A stretch of DNA of 27,040 nucleotides from an archaeon (lineage in GTDB: Archaea > Iainarchaeota > Iainarchaeia > Iainarchaeales > 1-14-0-10-31-34). Location of the stretch: contig JBDRIL010000020.1 of assembly GCA_043815885.1 (NCBI GenBank), forward strand, positions 1-27,040, in the 5' to 3' direction. The translations under genes and the position numbers were made by a program. Below the pieces are notes generated by a model that did not search any database, was not told the DNA's origin, and saw only the letters and a program-made list of their open reading frames with translations. Shown here piece by piece: positions 7,998 to 17,308 of the stretch. The stretch's first letter is position 1, and each line of letters begins with the position of its first letter.

Positions 7998-10900
7998 ATG
8001 AATGAATCACTTCCTGTAAAGTTGCTTTTAATATCTTTTGTGTTAATCGTAGTTATTTCTATTGCAGTTTATTTTTCTTTTTCGGGCTTATCAACTCCTG
8101 CAGGAAAAGCAATCTATTTTGATGCCCCAATAGCAGTTTATAATTTTGATAATGATACTGCACAGGATTCAAGCGGTAATGGATTGCATGGAGTAATTGA
8201 AGGGAATCCTGTTTTTGTTGGCACAATTCACGGGAAAGGATTGAGTTTTGATGGAACCGGGGATGATGATTATGTTGGGGTTCCTGACAATTCCTTGTTT
8301 GATGTCCAGAATTTCACTATTGAGGCTTTCATTAAGCCTGCTTCAGATCCCAATGGCTGGGGGGGATATCATACAATTGTTTCAAAGCAAAGCCAATTCA
8401 TTTTTAGATTTGGGGGTTCAGGGCTTTACGGAATTACTAACTGCGGTTTCGCGAGCTTGCTTGGAAATGACTTTGATTGGATTGCAGGAAGATGGTATCA
8501 TTTGGCCTTTACTTATGATGGAAGCTTTTTGAGGCTTTACGTTGATGGAACAGAAAAAGCTTCCACTCCTTGCAGCACTCCGCCAGGCCATTCAGACCAC
8601 ACTTTGTTGATAGGCAATCATTTTGGCAGCTTAAACAATGAATTTGATGGAGTAATAGATGAAGTGGTTATTTCTAATTACGCCAAGACTTCATTCATTA
8701 TCCCAAACACCCCCCCAGAAGTTAATGCCGACGGCCCTTATTCTGGGGAAGTGAATTCAAATATTCAATTGAATGGTTCTGCAACAGATGATGAAAGCAT
8801 TGCTTCAATTGTTTGGTCCACAAGCGCTTCTGACTGCACCATAAATCAAAACCCGATTATTATTGATTACACTGCAACCAACAATGGAACAATTAATTGC
8901 TCTACTGTTGGCGCAAAAAACCTCACTTTAACTGCAACAGACAACACTGGATTAACTTCAACTGCCAATTCAACAGTGAATGTAACAGAACAGCAGAAAA
9001 CAATTGCATTATATCACTTAAATGAAGGAAACGGCACAATAATAAATGATTCAAGCGGAAACAATTTGAATGGAAACATTGTTGGTTCCCCAACTTTTGT
9101 TGGCACTCCCTGGGTTGCAGGATTAAATTTTAATAGAAGCGGAGGAAATTACGCTGAAGTTCCGGATGATGATTTGTTTGATATAAACAGTTTTACTATT
9201 GAGGCTTGGATTAAGCCTGCAACAAACACTTCTTCTTGGAGCTACTACCACACAATTGTTTCAAAAGATGCCCAATATATTTTGGGATTCCGTGACAATC
9301 TCATTCAAGGAATTGTTAATCCATATGCAATTGAAGCCCCCTTTAATGGAACCGCCGGAAATTGGTATCACATAGCGTTTACTTATGACAGTATTACCAA
9401 AAGAATGAAATTATATGTTGGAAATACTGAAGTGGCTGCTTCAAATCCTTTATCGCATGGCCCTATTCCATCGAGTGGTTCTCTGAGAATTGGAAATCAC
9501 TCTGTTGCAGACAACCATAATGAATTTGATGGAGTAATTGATGAAGTGATTATTTCCAATTACGCCAAAACATCTTTTGATGTCTCAATTCCTTCTGATT
9601 CAATTCCTCCAGCAAAAATCACAGATTTAGGCATGAATTGTTCCTGGGCTCCAGTAGCAATGTCATGCATTCTTAATTGGACTGCTCCAGGAGATGACGG
9701 CAGTTCAGGCTTGGCTTCATCTTATGATATAAGGTTTTCCAGTAGCAATTTTCCTCCAACTACATGGGATGGGGCCCTGAAAGTAAACCATGAACCCCTT
9801 CCAGTTCCAGCAGGAACCCCACAGTCAATGACTGTAGATGGATTAGTTCCCCGCGATGCTTATTATTTTGTGATGAAAACAGGGGATGAAGTACCTAATT
9901 GGTCAGAAATGTCAAATGTAGCTGTCTGGACCAGAACTTCTTCCGACACAATCCCTCCATCTGCAATTACCAATCTTTCAGTTCCCTCATGCAGCAATAA
10001 TTCCTGTTCTTTGAGTTGGACTGCTCCTGGTGATGACGGAAGTTCAGGCACTGCTTCTCAGTATGATTTAAGGTATTCTATTTCAAATATCACTGAGTCT
10101 AATTGGAATTCAGCAACCCAAGCTACTGGTGAGCCTTCACCGCAGATTGCAGGTACAACTCAGTCAATGAGTGTAACTGGATTGAGTCCTTCAACTACTT
10201 ATTATTTTGCGATTAAAACTGCGGATGAAGTGCCTAACTGGTCAGCTATTTCCAATGTTCCAAGCAGAGCTACTGGTTCAACTTCTGATTCAACCCCTCC
10301 AACTGTTTCAATCACTTCTCCTTTGAATGGTGCAACTGTTTCTGGGGTTGTTTCTGTTTCAGCTACTGCTTCAGATAATGTTGGTGTAACTAAAGTGGAA
10401 TTTCATGTTTCAAACAGTTTAAAGTCAACTGATAATTCTTCTCCTTATTCTTTTGACTGGAATACCTTGCAGTATGCCAATGGAAATTATTCTTTGAAAG
10501 CAGTTGCTTTTGATGCAGCGGACAATAATGCTTCTAGTTCAATTAATGTTGATGTGAATAATAGTTCTTCTTCTGTTGTTTTTTGCGGTAATGGAGTTTT
10601 AGAACTAGGAGAAGCCTGTGAGAATGATTCTCATTGCAGTCCTGAAACACAGTGTGATTCAGCGAATAAGAGGTATGGAGAAAGAACTGCAAGTTGTAGT
10701 GCATGTGAATGTGATTATGGAAGCTGGAGCTGGAGCTCTACCTCTTACTGCAGTAATTGTAATTCTTGTGGGGATGATTCCTGTAATTGCGGGGAAACCT
10801 CTACGACTTGTTCTGGAGACTGTGGAGGGGGGGATGATACAATTCCTCCTTCTAGGCCTATTGGATTGACTGCCACAAGTGGAGAGCAAAAAGTTGATTT

Positions 10901-11606
10901 GGACTGGAATGATAATTCTGAAGCAGATCTTTCCCACTACATTGTATTTTATGGTTTGTCTTCTGGTTCCTATGACTGGAATGTAATGGTAACGAGTTCA
11001 AGTGCAACAATTCTGGATTTAGGGGAAGAAGTAAGATATTATTTTGCTGTAAAGGCAGTTGATTACACTGGAAATAAAAGCACTTTCTCTGACGAGGTTT
11101 CTGCTGTAACTTCAGCAGTTTCACTCAAGCCTCCAAAAAACATTAATATCTCTCTTACAGATGAAAAAATCAGGGTTAATTGGTCTTTTGCTGTTCCTGA
11201 ACCAGACCATTACGATGTATACAAGAATGGAAAGTTTGTTACTGCTACAACAGAAAATTATTACCTTGATTCCAAATACGAGAAAGGAGAAACTTATTCA
11301 TACTATGTAAAGAGTATTGCAATAGACGGTTCTGAGAGCGATAAATCAAAAACAGTGAGTATTTCAATTCCAGGGGAAGATCCATGCAGAAAGAACGGAG
11401 AATGTAATGAAGATTGCAATAGAACTGAAGACCCTGACTGCTTATGCATTGAAAACGGAATATGTGAAACTGAATTCGAGAACACAGAAAACTGTCCAGC
11501 TGACTGTGAAGAAATGCCAATAGATTATTACACTAATTTAAGTATTGGATTAGGGTTAGTGATTGTTTCAGCAGTAATCGCAGTAATCTTCTTCAAGAAA
11601 GCCTGA
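7998..11606 (+). CDS. Paralogous membrane-anchored surface protein: two LamG-like, PKD-like, FN3, bacterial Ig-like and Cys-rich modules, C-terminal TM
   Basis: Two WYH.AFTYD/FDGVIDEV units; two WTAPGDDG FN3-like units; PPTVSITSP..ATASDNVGVTKVEF Ig-like unit; C-terminal ~330 aa collinear with the preceding gene. Confidence 0.88.
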   Translation: MNESLPVKLLLISFVLIVVISIAVYFSFSGLSTPAGKAIYFDAPIAVYNFDNDTAQDSSGNGLHGVIEGNPVFVGTIHGKGLSFDGTGDDDYVGVPDNSLFDVQNFTIEAFIKPASDPNGWGGYHTIVSKQSQFIFRFGGSGLYGITNCGFASLLGNDFDWIAGRWYHLAFTYDGSFLRLYVDGTEKASTPCSTPPGHSDHTLLIGNHFGSLNNEFDGVIDEVVISNYAKTSFIIPNTPPEVNADGPYSGEVNSNIQLNGSATDDESIASIVWSTSASDCTINQNPIIIDYTATNNGTINCSTVGAKNLTLTATDNTGLTSTANSTVNVTEQQKTIALYHLNEGNGTIINDSSGNNLNGNIVGSPTFVGTPWVAGLNFNRSGGNYAEVPDDDLFDINSFTIEAWIKPATNTSSWSYYHTIVSKDAQYILGFRDNLIQGIVNPYAIEAPFNGTAGNWYHIAFTYDSITKRMKLYVGNTEVAASNPLSHGPIPSSGSLRIGNHSVADNHNEFDGVIDEVIISNYAKTSFDVSIPSDSIPPAKITDLGMNCSWAPVAMSCILNWTAPGDDGSSGLASSYDIRFSSSNFPPTTWDGALKVNHEPLPVPAGTPQSMTVDGLVPRDAYYFVMKTGDEVPNWSEMSNVAVWTRTSSDTIPPSAITNLSVPSCSNNSCSLSWTAPGDDGSSGTASQYDLRYSISNITESNWNSATQATGEPSPQIAGTTQSMSVTGLSPSTTYYFAIKTADEVPNWSAISNVPSRATGSTSDSTPPTVSITSPLNGATVSGVVSVSATASDNVGVTKVEFHVSNSLKSTDNSSPYSFDWNTLQYANGNYSLKAVAFDAADNNASSSINVDVNNSSSSVVFCGNGVLELGEACENDSHCSPETQCDSANKRYGERTASCSACECDYGSWSWSSTSYCSNCNSCGDDSCNCGETSTTCSGDCGGGDDTIPPSRPIGLTATSGEQKVDLDWNDNSEADLSHYIVFYGLSSGSYDWNVMVTSSSATILDLGEEVRYYFAVKAVDYTGNKSTFSDEVSAVTSAVSLKPPKNINISLTDEKIRVNWSFAVPEPDHYDVYKNGKFVTATTENYYLDSKYEKGETYSYYVKSIAIDGSESDKSKTVSISIPGEDPCRKNGECNEDCNRTEDPDCLCIENGICETEFENTENCPADCEEMPIDYYTNLSIGLGLVIVSAVIAVIFFKKA

Positions 11607-11624
11607 TTCTTAGAATTTATTAGA

Positions 11625-11697
11625 TGGGCCTGAGGAGAATTGAACTCCTGATCTTCACGATGTCAACGTGACGTCCTAACCACTAGACTACAGGCCC
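11625..11697 (-). tRNA. tRNA-Val(GAC)
   Basis: Reverse complement folds as GGGCCTG/CAGGCCC acceptor, TCACG-TTGACAT-CGTGA anticodon arm, AGGAG-TTCAATT-CTCCT T arm. Confidence 0.95.
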
Positions 11698-11876
11698 AAT
11701 CAGAACCTACGGTTCCGATACCTCCCTTATGAGGTATCGTTTTTTCGCCAGCCTTTTCCTAAAAGGCTGTCCGATACCCCCCCAATCAGAAAAACTACGT
11801 TTTTCCGATACCTTTTCCTTTTCACTACTACCTCACTTTGTTCGGTAATAGGATTTCCTCGCTTAATGCTCGGAAA
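11698..11876. repeat. Cluster of short hairpins and direct repeats 5' of tRNA-Val
   Basis: gaacc-tac-ggttc; cgatacctc-ccttat-gaggtatcg; cagcctttt-cct-aaaaggctg; gaaaaac-tac-gtttttc; ccgatacc three times. Confidence 0.7.
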
Positions 11877-11916
11877 CAATCAATAACTAATATTCTTATT
11901 AGCTTAAAGAATTCCT

Positions 11917-12855
11917 TTAAAAAAGTTTTTTTAATTGAATGCATGTCTTGCAAACCTTTCCTCCTGTTGGAGCACCGCATTCCATGCATTCCTTTACCTC
12001 CCATTCAATGAATTTCTTTTCCATTAATGGTTTGATTTGGAGGAAGGTTTTAAGGATTGAATACTTTGTTCCGGGGAATTTTGCCTCAAATTCATTAAGC
12101 ATTTTCCTGAATGAATTCCTTTTAGCCTGCCAGGAAAAAGGACAGCATTCCTCTTCATAATGCTTTATTCCTTTAAAGCCAGCATAAGCAATTATCTCTG
12201 TCTCAGGGCACTCGTATAATGGCTTTATTCTCGGAATGAATTGCTTGAATGATTTAAGTCCTGCTTTAGGCCCTAACCTTGCCATTCTCACTAAATCATT
12301 ATCAAAGAAATTCATTACAATGCTCTGTGTTTCATCATCCAAATTATGCCCAGTAACAAGCTTGTCTGCCTTTAATTCCTTGCTTACTTCATTCAATAAA
12401 TTCCTTCTCATTGGACCGCAAAAAGAACAGCTTGAACCCAACTCCTTTTTCTTTTTCAGTTTCTTCATTATTTCAAGCATTGTAATTCCAAACCTCTTCC
12501 TGAAGGAAATCACGGTAAAAGGAATATTCCATTCCCTGCAGTTCTTCTTTGCAATCTTTAATGCTTTATCCCTGTATCCAGTAATTCCTTCATCCAGCAT
12601 CAATGCATGAATTTCATTCGAAGAAGAATAAAATTTATCCAATAAATAAAGTGCAGTAAGTGAATCCTTTCCTCCCGAAACCCCTACAACTATTCTTTCT
12701 CCCTTACCTAAAAGCTTGAATTTCCTTATTGTTTTCCTTACTCTTTTCTCAAAGAATTCAGTGAAATGCTTTTCGCATAAGTAATGCGGTCCATAGGAGA
12801 GAAAGATTTTGCTCTTTAAACTGCATCTATCGCACTTCTTTTTTGTTCTAACCAT
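11917..12855 (-). CDS. TtuA/Ncs6-family tRNA 2-thiolation protein (PP-loop ATPase)
   Basis: N-terminal CxxC..CxxHF, SGGKDS, CSFCG..RR, TGHNLDDE, CP, and C-terminal CxxC..CxxC. Confidence 0.92.
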   Translation of the reverse strand: MVRTKKKCDRCSLKSKIFLSYGPHYLCEKHFTEFFEKRVRKTIRKFKLLGKGERIVVGVSGGKDSLTALYLLDKFYSSSNEIHALMLDEGITGYRDKALKIAKKNCREWNIPFTVISFRKRFGITMLEIMKKLKKKKELGSSCSFCGPMRRNLLNEVSKELKADKLVTGHNLDDETQSIVMNFFDNDLVRMARLGPKAGLKSFKQFIPRIKPLYECPETEIIAYAGFKGIKHYEEECCPFSWQAKRNSFRKMLNEFEAKFPGTKYSILKTFLQIKPLMEKKFIEWEVKECMECGAPTGGKVCKTCIQLKKLF

Positions 12856-12940
12856 ACTTTTAAATCCCTTTTCTTCTAAGAATTTAATAATAAATTAGGT
12901 ATATAAAGCCTATTTTTTTAATGAATTTAAGGTGCAAGAA

Positions 12941-13540
12941 ATGAGTTACTTGAAATCAGTGAAGGAAGTGTTCCAGAAGGAATTCGCTGGAAAAAAAGAT
13001 GAATTCTACGACTACAAGAAAATTCAAAGCGACAGGCTTATTGAATACAGGAAAGAAAAGAATGCAATAGTTAAACTTGAAAGGCCAACCAATCTGTCAA
13101 GAGCAAGGGAATTAGGCTATAAAGCAAAACAAGGTTTGGTAGTAGTCAGGGTTAGAATAAGAAAAGGAACAGGCCTGAAGAGAAGGCCTTCCAGAGCCAG
13201 AAGACCCAAAAGAATGGGAGTAAAAAAATTAACCCGAAGAAAGAGCATTCAGGCAATAGCAGAGATTCGAGCTTCAAAAAAGTACAGGAACCTTGAAGTA
13301 CTGAGTTCTTACTGGATTGGAGAAGACGGAAAACACAAATACTTTGAAGTAATTCTGGTTGACCCGCAACATCCAGTAATTAAGTCCGATAAGGAATTGA
13401 ACTGGATTTGTGAGAGAGGCCAAAAAGGAAGAGCAGAAAGAGGCCTTACCTCAGCAGGAAAAAAGAGCCGAGGCCTGACCAGAAGAAGAAGCGCAGAAAA
13501 AGTAAGGCCCTCAAGAAGAGCCCACGATAGGAAAGCATAA
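12941..13540 (+). CDS. rpl15e: 50S ribosomal protein L15e (start ATG 12941 or GTG 12932)
   Basis: RPT..RAR.LGYKAKQG, SYWIGEDG.HKYFEVILVDP, RGLTSAGKK.RGL. Confidence 0.96.
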   Translation: MSYLKSVKEVFQKEFAGKKDEFYDYKKIQSDRLIEYRKEKNAIVKLERPTNLSRARELGYKAKQGLVVVRVRIRKGTGLKRRPSRARRPKRMGVKKLTRRKSIQAIAEIRASKKYRNLEVLSSYWIGEDGKHKYFEVILVDPQHPVIKSDKELNWICERGQKGRAERGLTSAGKKSRGLTRRRSAEKVRPSRRAHDRKA

Positions 13541-13590
13541 AACCAATAGCTTTATTTTAACTTTTTAATCTTATTCTTTGAGGAAAAAAA

Positions 13591-14217
13591 ATGATTGACT
13601 TAATTTACTTCAATGAAAAAGCTTTTCCTGACTTAAAGGAGTTAATTGATTTAGAGAAAAGAATAGGCAATAAAGGAGTAATTCTCGCAAAAAAATTTTC
13701 CTCAGAAAAAGAGGCAAAAGAATTAAAGGAAAAAACAGAAAAAACAATAAAAGAATTAAAGATTAAAGGATTTGATTTAAAGCTAGCTCATTTAATTACC
13801 AAAACAGATGCAAAGGAAACAAGAAAATTCAAGGGAAAGATTGACTTAATTGCAGTTGAAGGAGGCGATGTAACGATAAATAAGTTTGCAGTTTCTACTG
13901 CAGGAATTAACTTACTCTTAAACCCTTATAAAGAAGGAAAGCTTTCCTTTGATACAGCGATTGCGAGAATTGCCTCAGAAAACAAGGTTGCAGTAGGAAT
14001 AACCTTTTCCCACTTTCTTCAATCAAGAGGATTCAACAGAATTAATTCATTCAAAAACTATTCATTCATTGTAAAATTAATCCAGAAATTCAAGATTCCA
14101 GTAAACGTTTTCTCCGGAGCCACCGAATTGAATGAAATCCGTTCAATAAAAGACTTAAATGCATTTTTGGTTCTGCTTGGCTATTCAAGGGAAAAACTGA
14201 AAAGTGATCTGGAATGA
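13591..14217 (+). CDS. rnp3: Ribonuclease P protein component 3 (Rpp30)
   Basis: DLIAVEGG...NKFAV, A.ENKVAVGI.F, SGA....EIRS..DL; canonical position between rpl15e and pop5. Confidence 0.85.
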   Translation: MIDLIYFNEKAFPDLKELIDLEKRIGNKGVILAKKFSSEKEAKELKEKTEKTIKELKIKGFDLKLAHLITKTDAKETRKFKGKIDLIAVEGGDVTINKFAVSTAGINLLLNPYKEGKLSFDTAIARIASENKVAVGITFSHFLQSRGFNRINSFKNYSFIVKLIQKFKIPVNVFSGATELNEIRSIKDLNAFLVLLGYSREKLKSDLE

Positions 14218-14564
14218 AGGAAAAACTTTCTTTAAAACCAATTCCTCTCTCCCTGAGGGAAAAAAAGAGATACATTGTATTTGAATTAATCAGTAAAGAG
14301 AGATTCAATTTCAGGAACGTGAGAAGTGAATTGAATAGAATCCTCTTTGATTTATTCGGTGAAAAAGGAGTGAGTGAATTAAGCTTTAACTTCATTCTAT
14401 TCAATGAAAAAAACAGCAAAGGCATTATCAGGTGCAGGCACACAGAAACAGAAAAAGCAAAGACAGCAATCCTCTTCCTCAAAGAAATTAATTCTATTAA
14501 AGCAATCCCAAAAATAGTCAGGGCTTCTGGTTCCATCAAGAAAGCGAAATCATTCGTTCAATAG
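14214..14564 (+). CDS. rnp2: Ribonuclease P protein component 2 (Pop5/Rpp14)
   Basis: LKP.P.SLREKKRYIVFE, GIIRC.H, SGSIKKAK. Confidence 0.93.
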   Translation: MKEKLSLKPIPLSLREKKRYIVFELISKERFNFRNVRSELNRILFDLFGEKGVSELSFNFILFNEKNSKGIIRCRHTETEKAKTAILFLKEINSIKAIPKIVRASGSIKKAKSFVQ

Positions 14565-15447
14565 GCTTCCTTGCTTTATCCATAATCTCTTTTGGCAATA
14601 CTACTTCGATCCTCTCTTCTTCCAATGCCCTCAGAGTCAATTCAAGTGAATTCTTCTTCATCTGCAGACAAGTAGCCCCAGGAGGGGCAGCATAAAACAC
14701 TTTTTCTGGTGCCACTATTTTCAATCTATTAATCATTCCACTCTCTGTCCCGATAATGAATTCCCTTGCATCTGTTTCCTTTACATACTTCACCATTCCC
14801 TCAGTTGAATGCACTGCATGAGCCAGCTTAATTACTTCCGGCCTGCATTCAGGATGCACCACTACTTTTGCTTCGGGATGTTCTTTCATTGCTTTTTCAA
14901 GCAGTACTGCATCAATCTTGTCATGCACATAACAATATCCATTCCATGGAATAATCTTTTTTTCAGGCAGCTTGCTCTGAACATACAGAGCCAGGTTCTT
15001 GTCAGGAACAAAAATAATTTCCTTTTCAGGAATAGAAGAAATCACTTTCACTGCATTGGCTGAAGTGCAGCAATAATCTGATTCAGCCTTTATCTCAGCA
15101 AGAGTATTCACATAAGAAACCACTGCTGCTTCAGGATACTTTTCCTTTTCCTTCTTTAATTCCTCTGCAGTAATCATTGCAGCCATAGGGCATTTAGCTT
15201 CTTTAGTTGGAATCAATACCTTTTTTTCCGGGCTCAATACCTTTGCTGTCTCAGCCATGAAATCAACGCCACAAAAAACAATTATGTCTGCTTCAGTCTT
15301 AGAGGCTTCCCTGCTTAACCCCAAACTGTCTCCAATAAAATCCGCCACTTCATAAATCTCCGGCTTCTGGTAATTGTGAACGAGCATTACTGCATTCTTT
15401 TCCTTCTTCAATTCATTAATCTTCTTCTGCAATTCTTTTGTATTCAT
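14536..15447 (-). CDS. nadA: Quinolinate synthase
   Basis: HNYQ, GDSL.L, FCGV.FMAETAK, CPMA, YVNT, CTSANA, PD.NL, C.VH, HPEC, C.QMK. Confidence 0.97.
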   Translation of the reverse strand: MNTKELQKKINELKKEKNAVMLVHNYQKPEIYEVADFIGDSLGLSREASKTEADIIVFCGVDFMAETAKVLSPEKKVLIPTKEAKCPMAAMITAEELKKEKEKYPEAAVVSYVNTLAEIKAESDYCCTSANAVKVISSIPEKEIIFVPDKNLALYVQSKLPEKKIIPWNGYCYVHDKIDAVLLEKAMKEHPEAKVVVHPECRPEVIKLAHAVHSTEGMVKYVKETDAREFIIGTESGMINRLKIVAPEKVFYAAPPGATCLQMKKNSLELTLRALEEERIEVVLPKEIMDKARKPIERMISLS

Positions 15448-15462
15448 AAAAAAAAGCTTCCT

Positions 15463-16272
15463 TTAAGTACCAATTACAATGCTTTCATTTAAATTCTTTA
15501 ATGTCCTGACTGCAGAGAGTGCTGCAAGAAATGAAGTCCTTGGGTTTTCAGGAAAAGGAATATTCTCAGTTCTGGTATAAAGTTCTCCAAATTCTCCTTT
15601 AACTTTAATTTCATGCCTGTTTATTTTAATTGAAGGATCCACAACAATCCTGACTTTAGTATTCTTTACCCCGATTCCTGCAAGAGACAAAGCAACTGAA
15701 ACGTTGATATTCTTTGGAAAGAATTTTGCTGCCTCTAATGCATTTCCCTCAAAAACAATTGTCGGCTTCCTTATTTCCTTTAAATCAATCTTTTTTTCCT
15801 TAAAGAACGGAGCCCCCTCAAGTGATTCAGGAGACTTGGTTGAAGTAAGCATAACTTCCTCAATTCCTGCTTCCATTGCTGCCTTCACTGCATCCAGTCC
15901 GGCAATCGCTCCAGAAGGAAGGTAAATCTTTTTCCCCTTGCTTTCAGCTTTCTCCCTTAATTTTTTTAATAATCCCTCTTCCTTTAATGCCCCGACAGAC
16001 ATAATCATTAAATTGCATTCTTCAAGAATCCTTTCAGCATATTCTTTCACTGCTTCCTGTGAAGCTGCTTCAACAATTAAATCGCATTCAAGCATTTCTT
16101 CCACTGAATCAACGATTTTAGGCTTTTCCTTTAATTTCCCAATTAATTCCTCGCATTTGCTTTTATTCAAATCAAGCACAAAACCCAATTCCATTCCTTT
16201 TTCTTTCTCCAGTGCCTTTGCAATAACGCTTCCGATTGCTCCGCATCCAATCAATCCAATCTTGATACCCAA
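15463..16272 (-). CDS. nadX: L-aspartate dehydrogenase (likely start TTG 16272)
   Basis: IGLIGCGAIG, VEAAS, SVGAL, PSGAIAGLD, FP.NINV, N.HEI, NPRTS.LAALS; lies directly upstream of nadA. Confidence 0.94.
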   Translation of the reverse strand: MGIKIGLIGCGAIGSVIAKALEKEKGMELGFVLDLNKSKCEELIGKLKEKPKIVDSVEEMLECDLIVEAASQEAVKEYAERILEECNLMIMSVGALKEEGLLKKLREKAESKGKKIYLPSGAIAGLDAVKAAMEAGIEEVMLTSTKSPESLEGAPFFKEKKIDLKEIRKPTIVFEGNALEAAKFFPKNINVSVALSLAGIGVKNTKVRIVVDPSIKINRHEIKVKGEFGELYTRTENIPFPENPRTSFLAALSAVRTLKNLNESIVIGT

Positions 16273-16435
16273 ACACCCCTTAAAAAAGAAATAAAAGCTT
16301 CCAGATACTCTAATATTAACCAAAAATAAGGTTAAAAAAGAATTCTTTTGTCAATCAAGGGAAACAATTAAGTTTTAAAAGCTATTTATATTATTAATAA
16401 TAAGAACAGGAGAAAGAAGGACAGGAGGATTTTTT

Positions 16436-17167
16436 TTGTATCCGATTTCTAGGGCACAGACAGGGGCATATGATAGGGTAGCAACAATGTTTTCTCCCGA
16501 TGGGAGATTGTATCAGGTAGAGTATGCTTCAAAGATAGTTGAGCAGGGCACTCTTGGAGCGGCATTGATTTACAATAAAGGAGTTCTTTTTGGTGCAGAC
16601 AAGAAAGTGTCATCTCCTTTAATTCTTTCAGAATCAATTGAAAAATTATTTGTTGTTGACGACCATATTGGAGCAATTTCTTCCGGTTTGGTTGGAGATG
16701 CAAGGAGATTAGTCCAGATTGCAAGGCAGGAGGCGCAGGGAAACCAGATGTATTACGAGGAACCAATTGAAGTGGAAGCATTAGTGAAAAAGGTTTCAGG
16801 CATAATGCAGTTATTCACTCAATACGGCGGAATGCGTCCGTTTGGAGTGAGCCTGATTATTGGGGGAATTGATAACAGCAGTGAAAAGAAATTGTTTGAA
16901 GCCGAACCTTCCGGAGCTTTAGCTGAATACAAGGCAGTCGCAATAGGAAAAGGAAAAAAGGAAGCAATGAAGTTCCTGGAAAAAAATTACAGGGAAGGAA
17001 TTTCCTTTGATGAAGGAGTAAAGCTCTTGACTGGAGCAATTGAAACGAGTTTAGAAGAAAAGGAAAAAATTGATGTTAACAGAGTGGATTTTGCTTTCAT
17101 TGAGGACGGAAAAAAGATAAAGGTAATGAATAAAAACGAATTGAAAGCAGTTCTATCCAAGAAATAA
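16436..17167 (+). CDS. psmA: Proteasome subunit alpha
   Basis: YDR..TMFSPDGRLYQVEYA, SGLVGDAR.L, TQYGG.RPFGVSL; SD GGAGG precedes the TTG. Confidence 0.97.
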   Translation: MYPISRAQTGAYDRVATMFSPDGRLYQVEYASKIVEQGTLGAALIYNKGVLFGADKKVSSPLILSESIEKLFVVDDHIGAISSGLVGDARRLVQIARQEAQGNQMYYEEPIEVEALVKKVSGIMQLFTQYGGMRPFGVSLIIGGIDNSSEKKLFEAEPSGALAEYKAVAIGKGKKEAMKFLEKNYREGISFDEGVKLLTGAIETSLEEKEKIDVNRVDFAFIEDGKKIKVMNKNELKAVLSKK

Positions 17168-17174
17168 TTTTTTT

Positions 17175-17290
17175 ATTGTATCCCGAAGGGATACAATGTT
17201 TTTTGATAAAACTCCCAATTTGAGTGGAACTCAAATGGGCCCCTTTGAATCCTTGGATTCAAATAGGGTTTAGAAAAAGTTTTTTTAATT
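17175..17290 (+). repeat. Multi-hairpin repeat family A, long copy 1
   Basis: 17197-17290 is the exact reverse complement of 22552-22645 (94 bp); preceded by the hairpin attgtatccc-gaa-gggatacaat. Confidence 0.92.
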
Positions 17291-17308
17291 TAACTTAAAG
17301 GCTTTTTT

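Noticed and set aside
2323..11624. Possible integrated island between two convergent tRNA genes
   Set aside because: No integrase and no duplicated tRNA 3' end (att site) was found by eye.
11698..11876. CRISPR array interpretation of the repeats
   Set aside because: No constant repeat with regular unique spacers, and no cas genes nearby.
16273..16323. Extended N-terminus of nadX in the ORF track
   Set aside because: It precedes the Rossmann motif that normally starts the protein and covers an AT-rich promoter-like tract.
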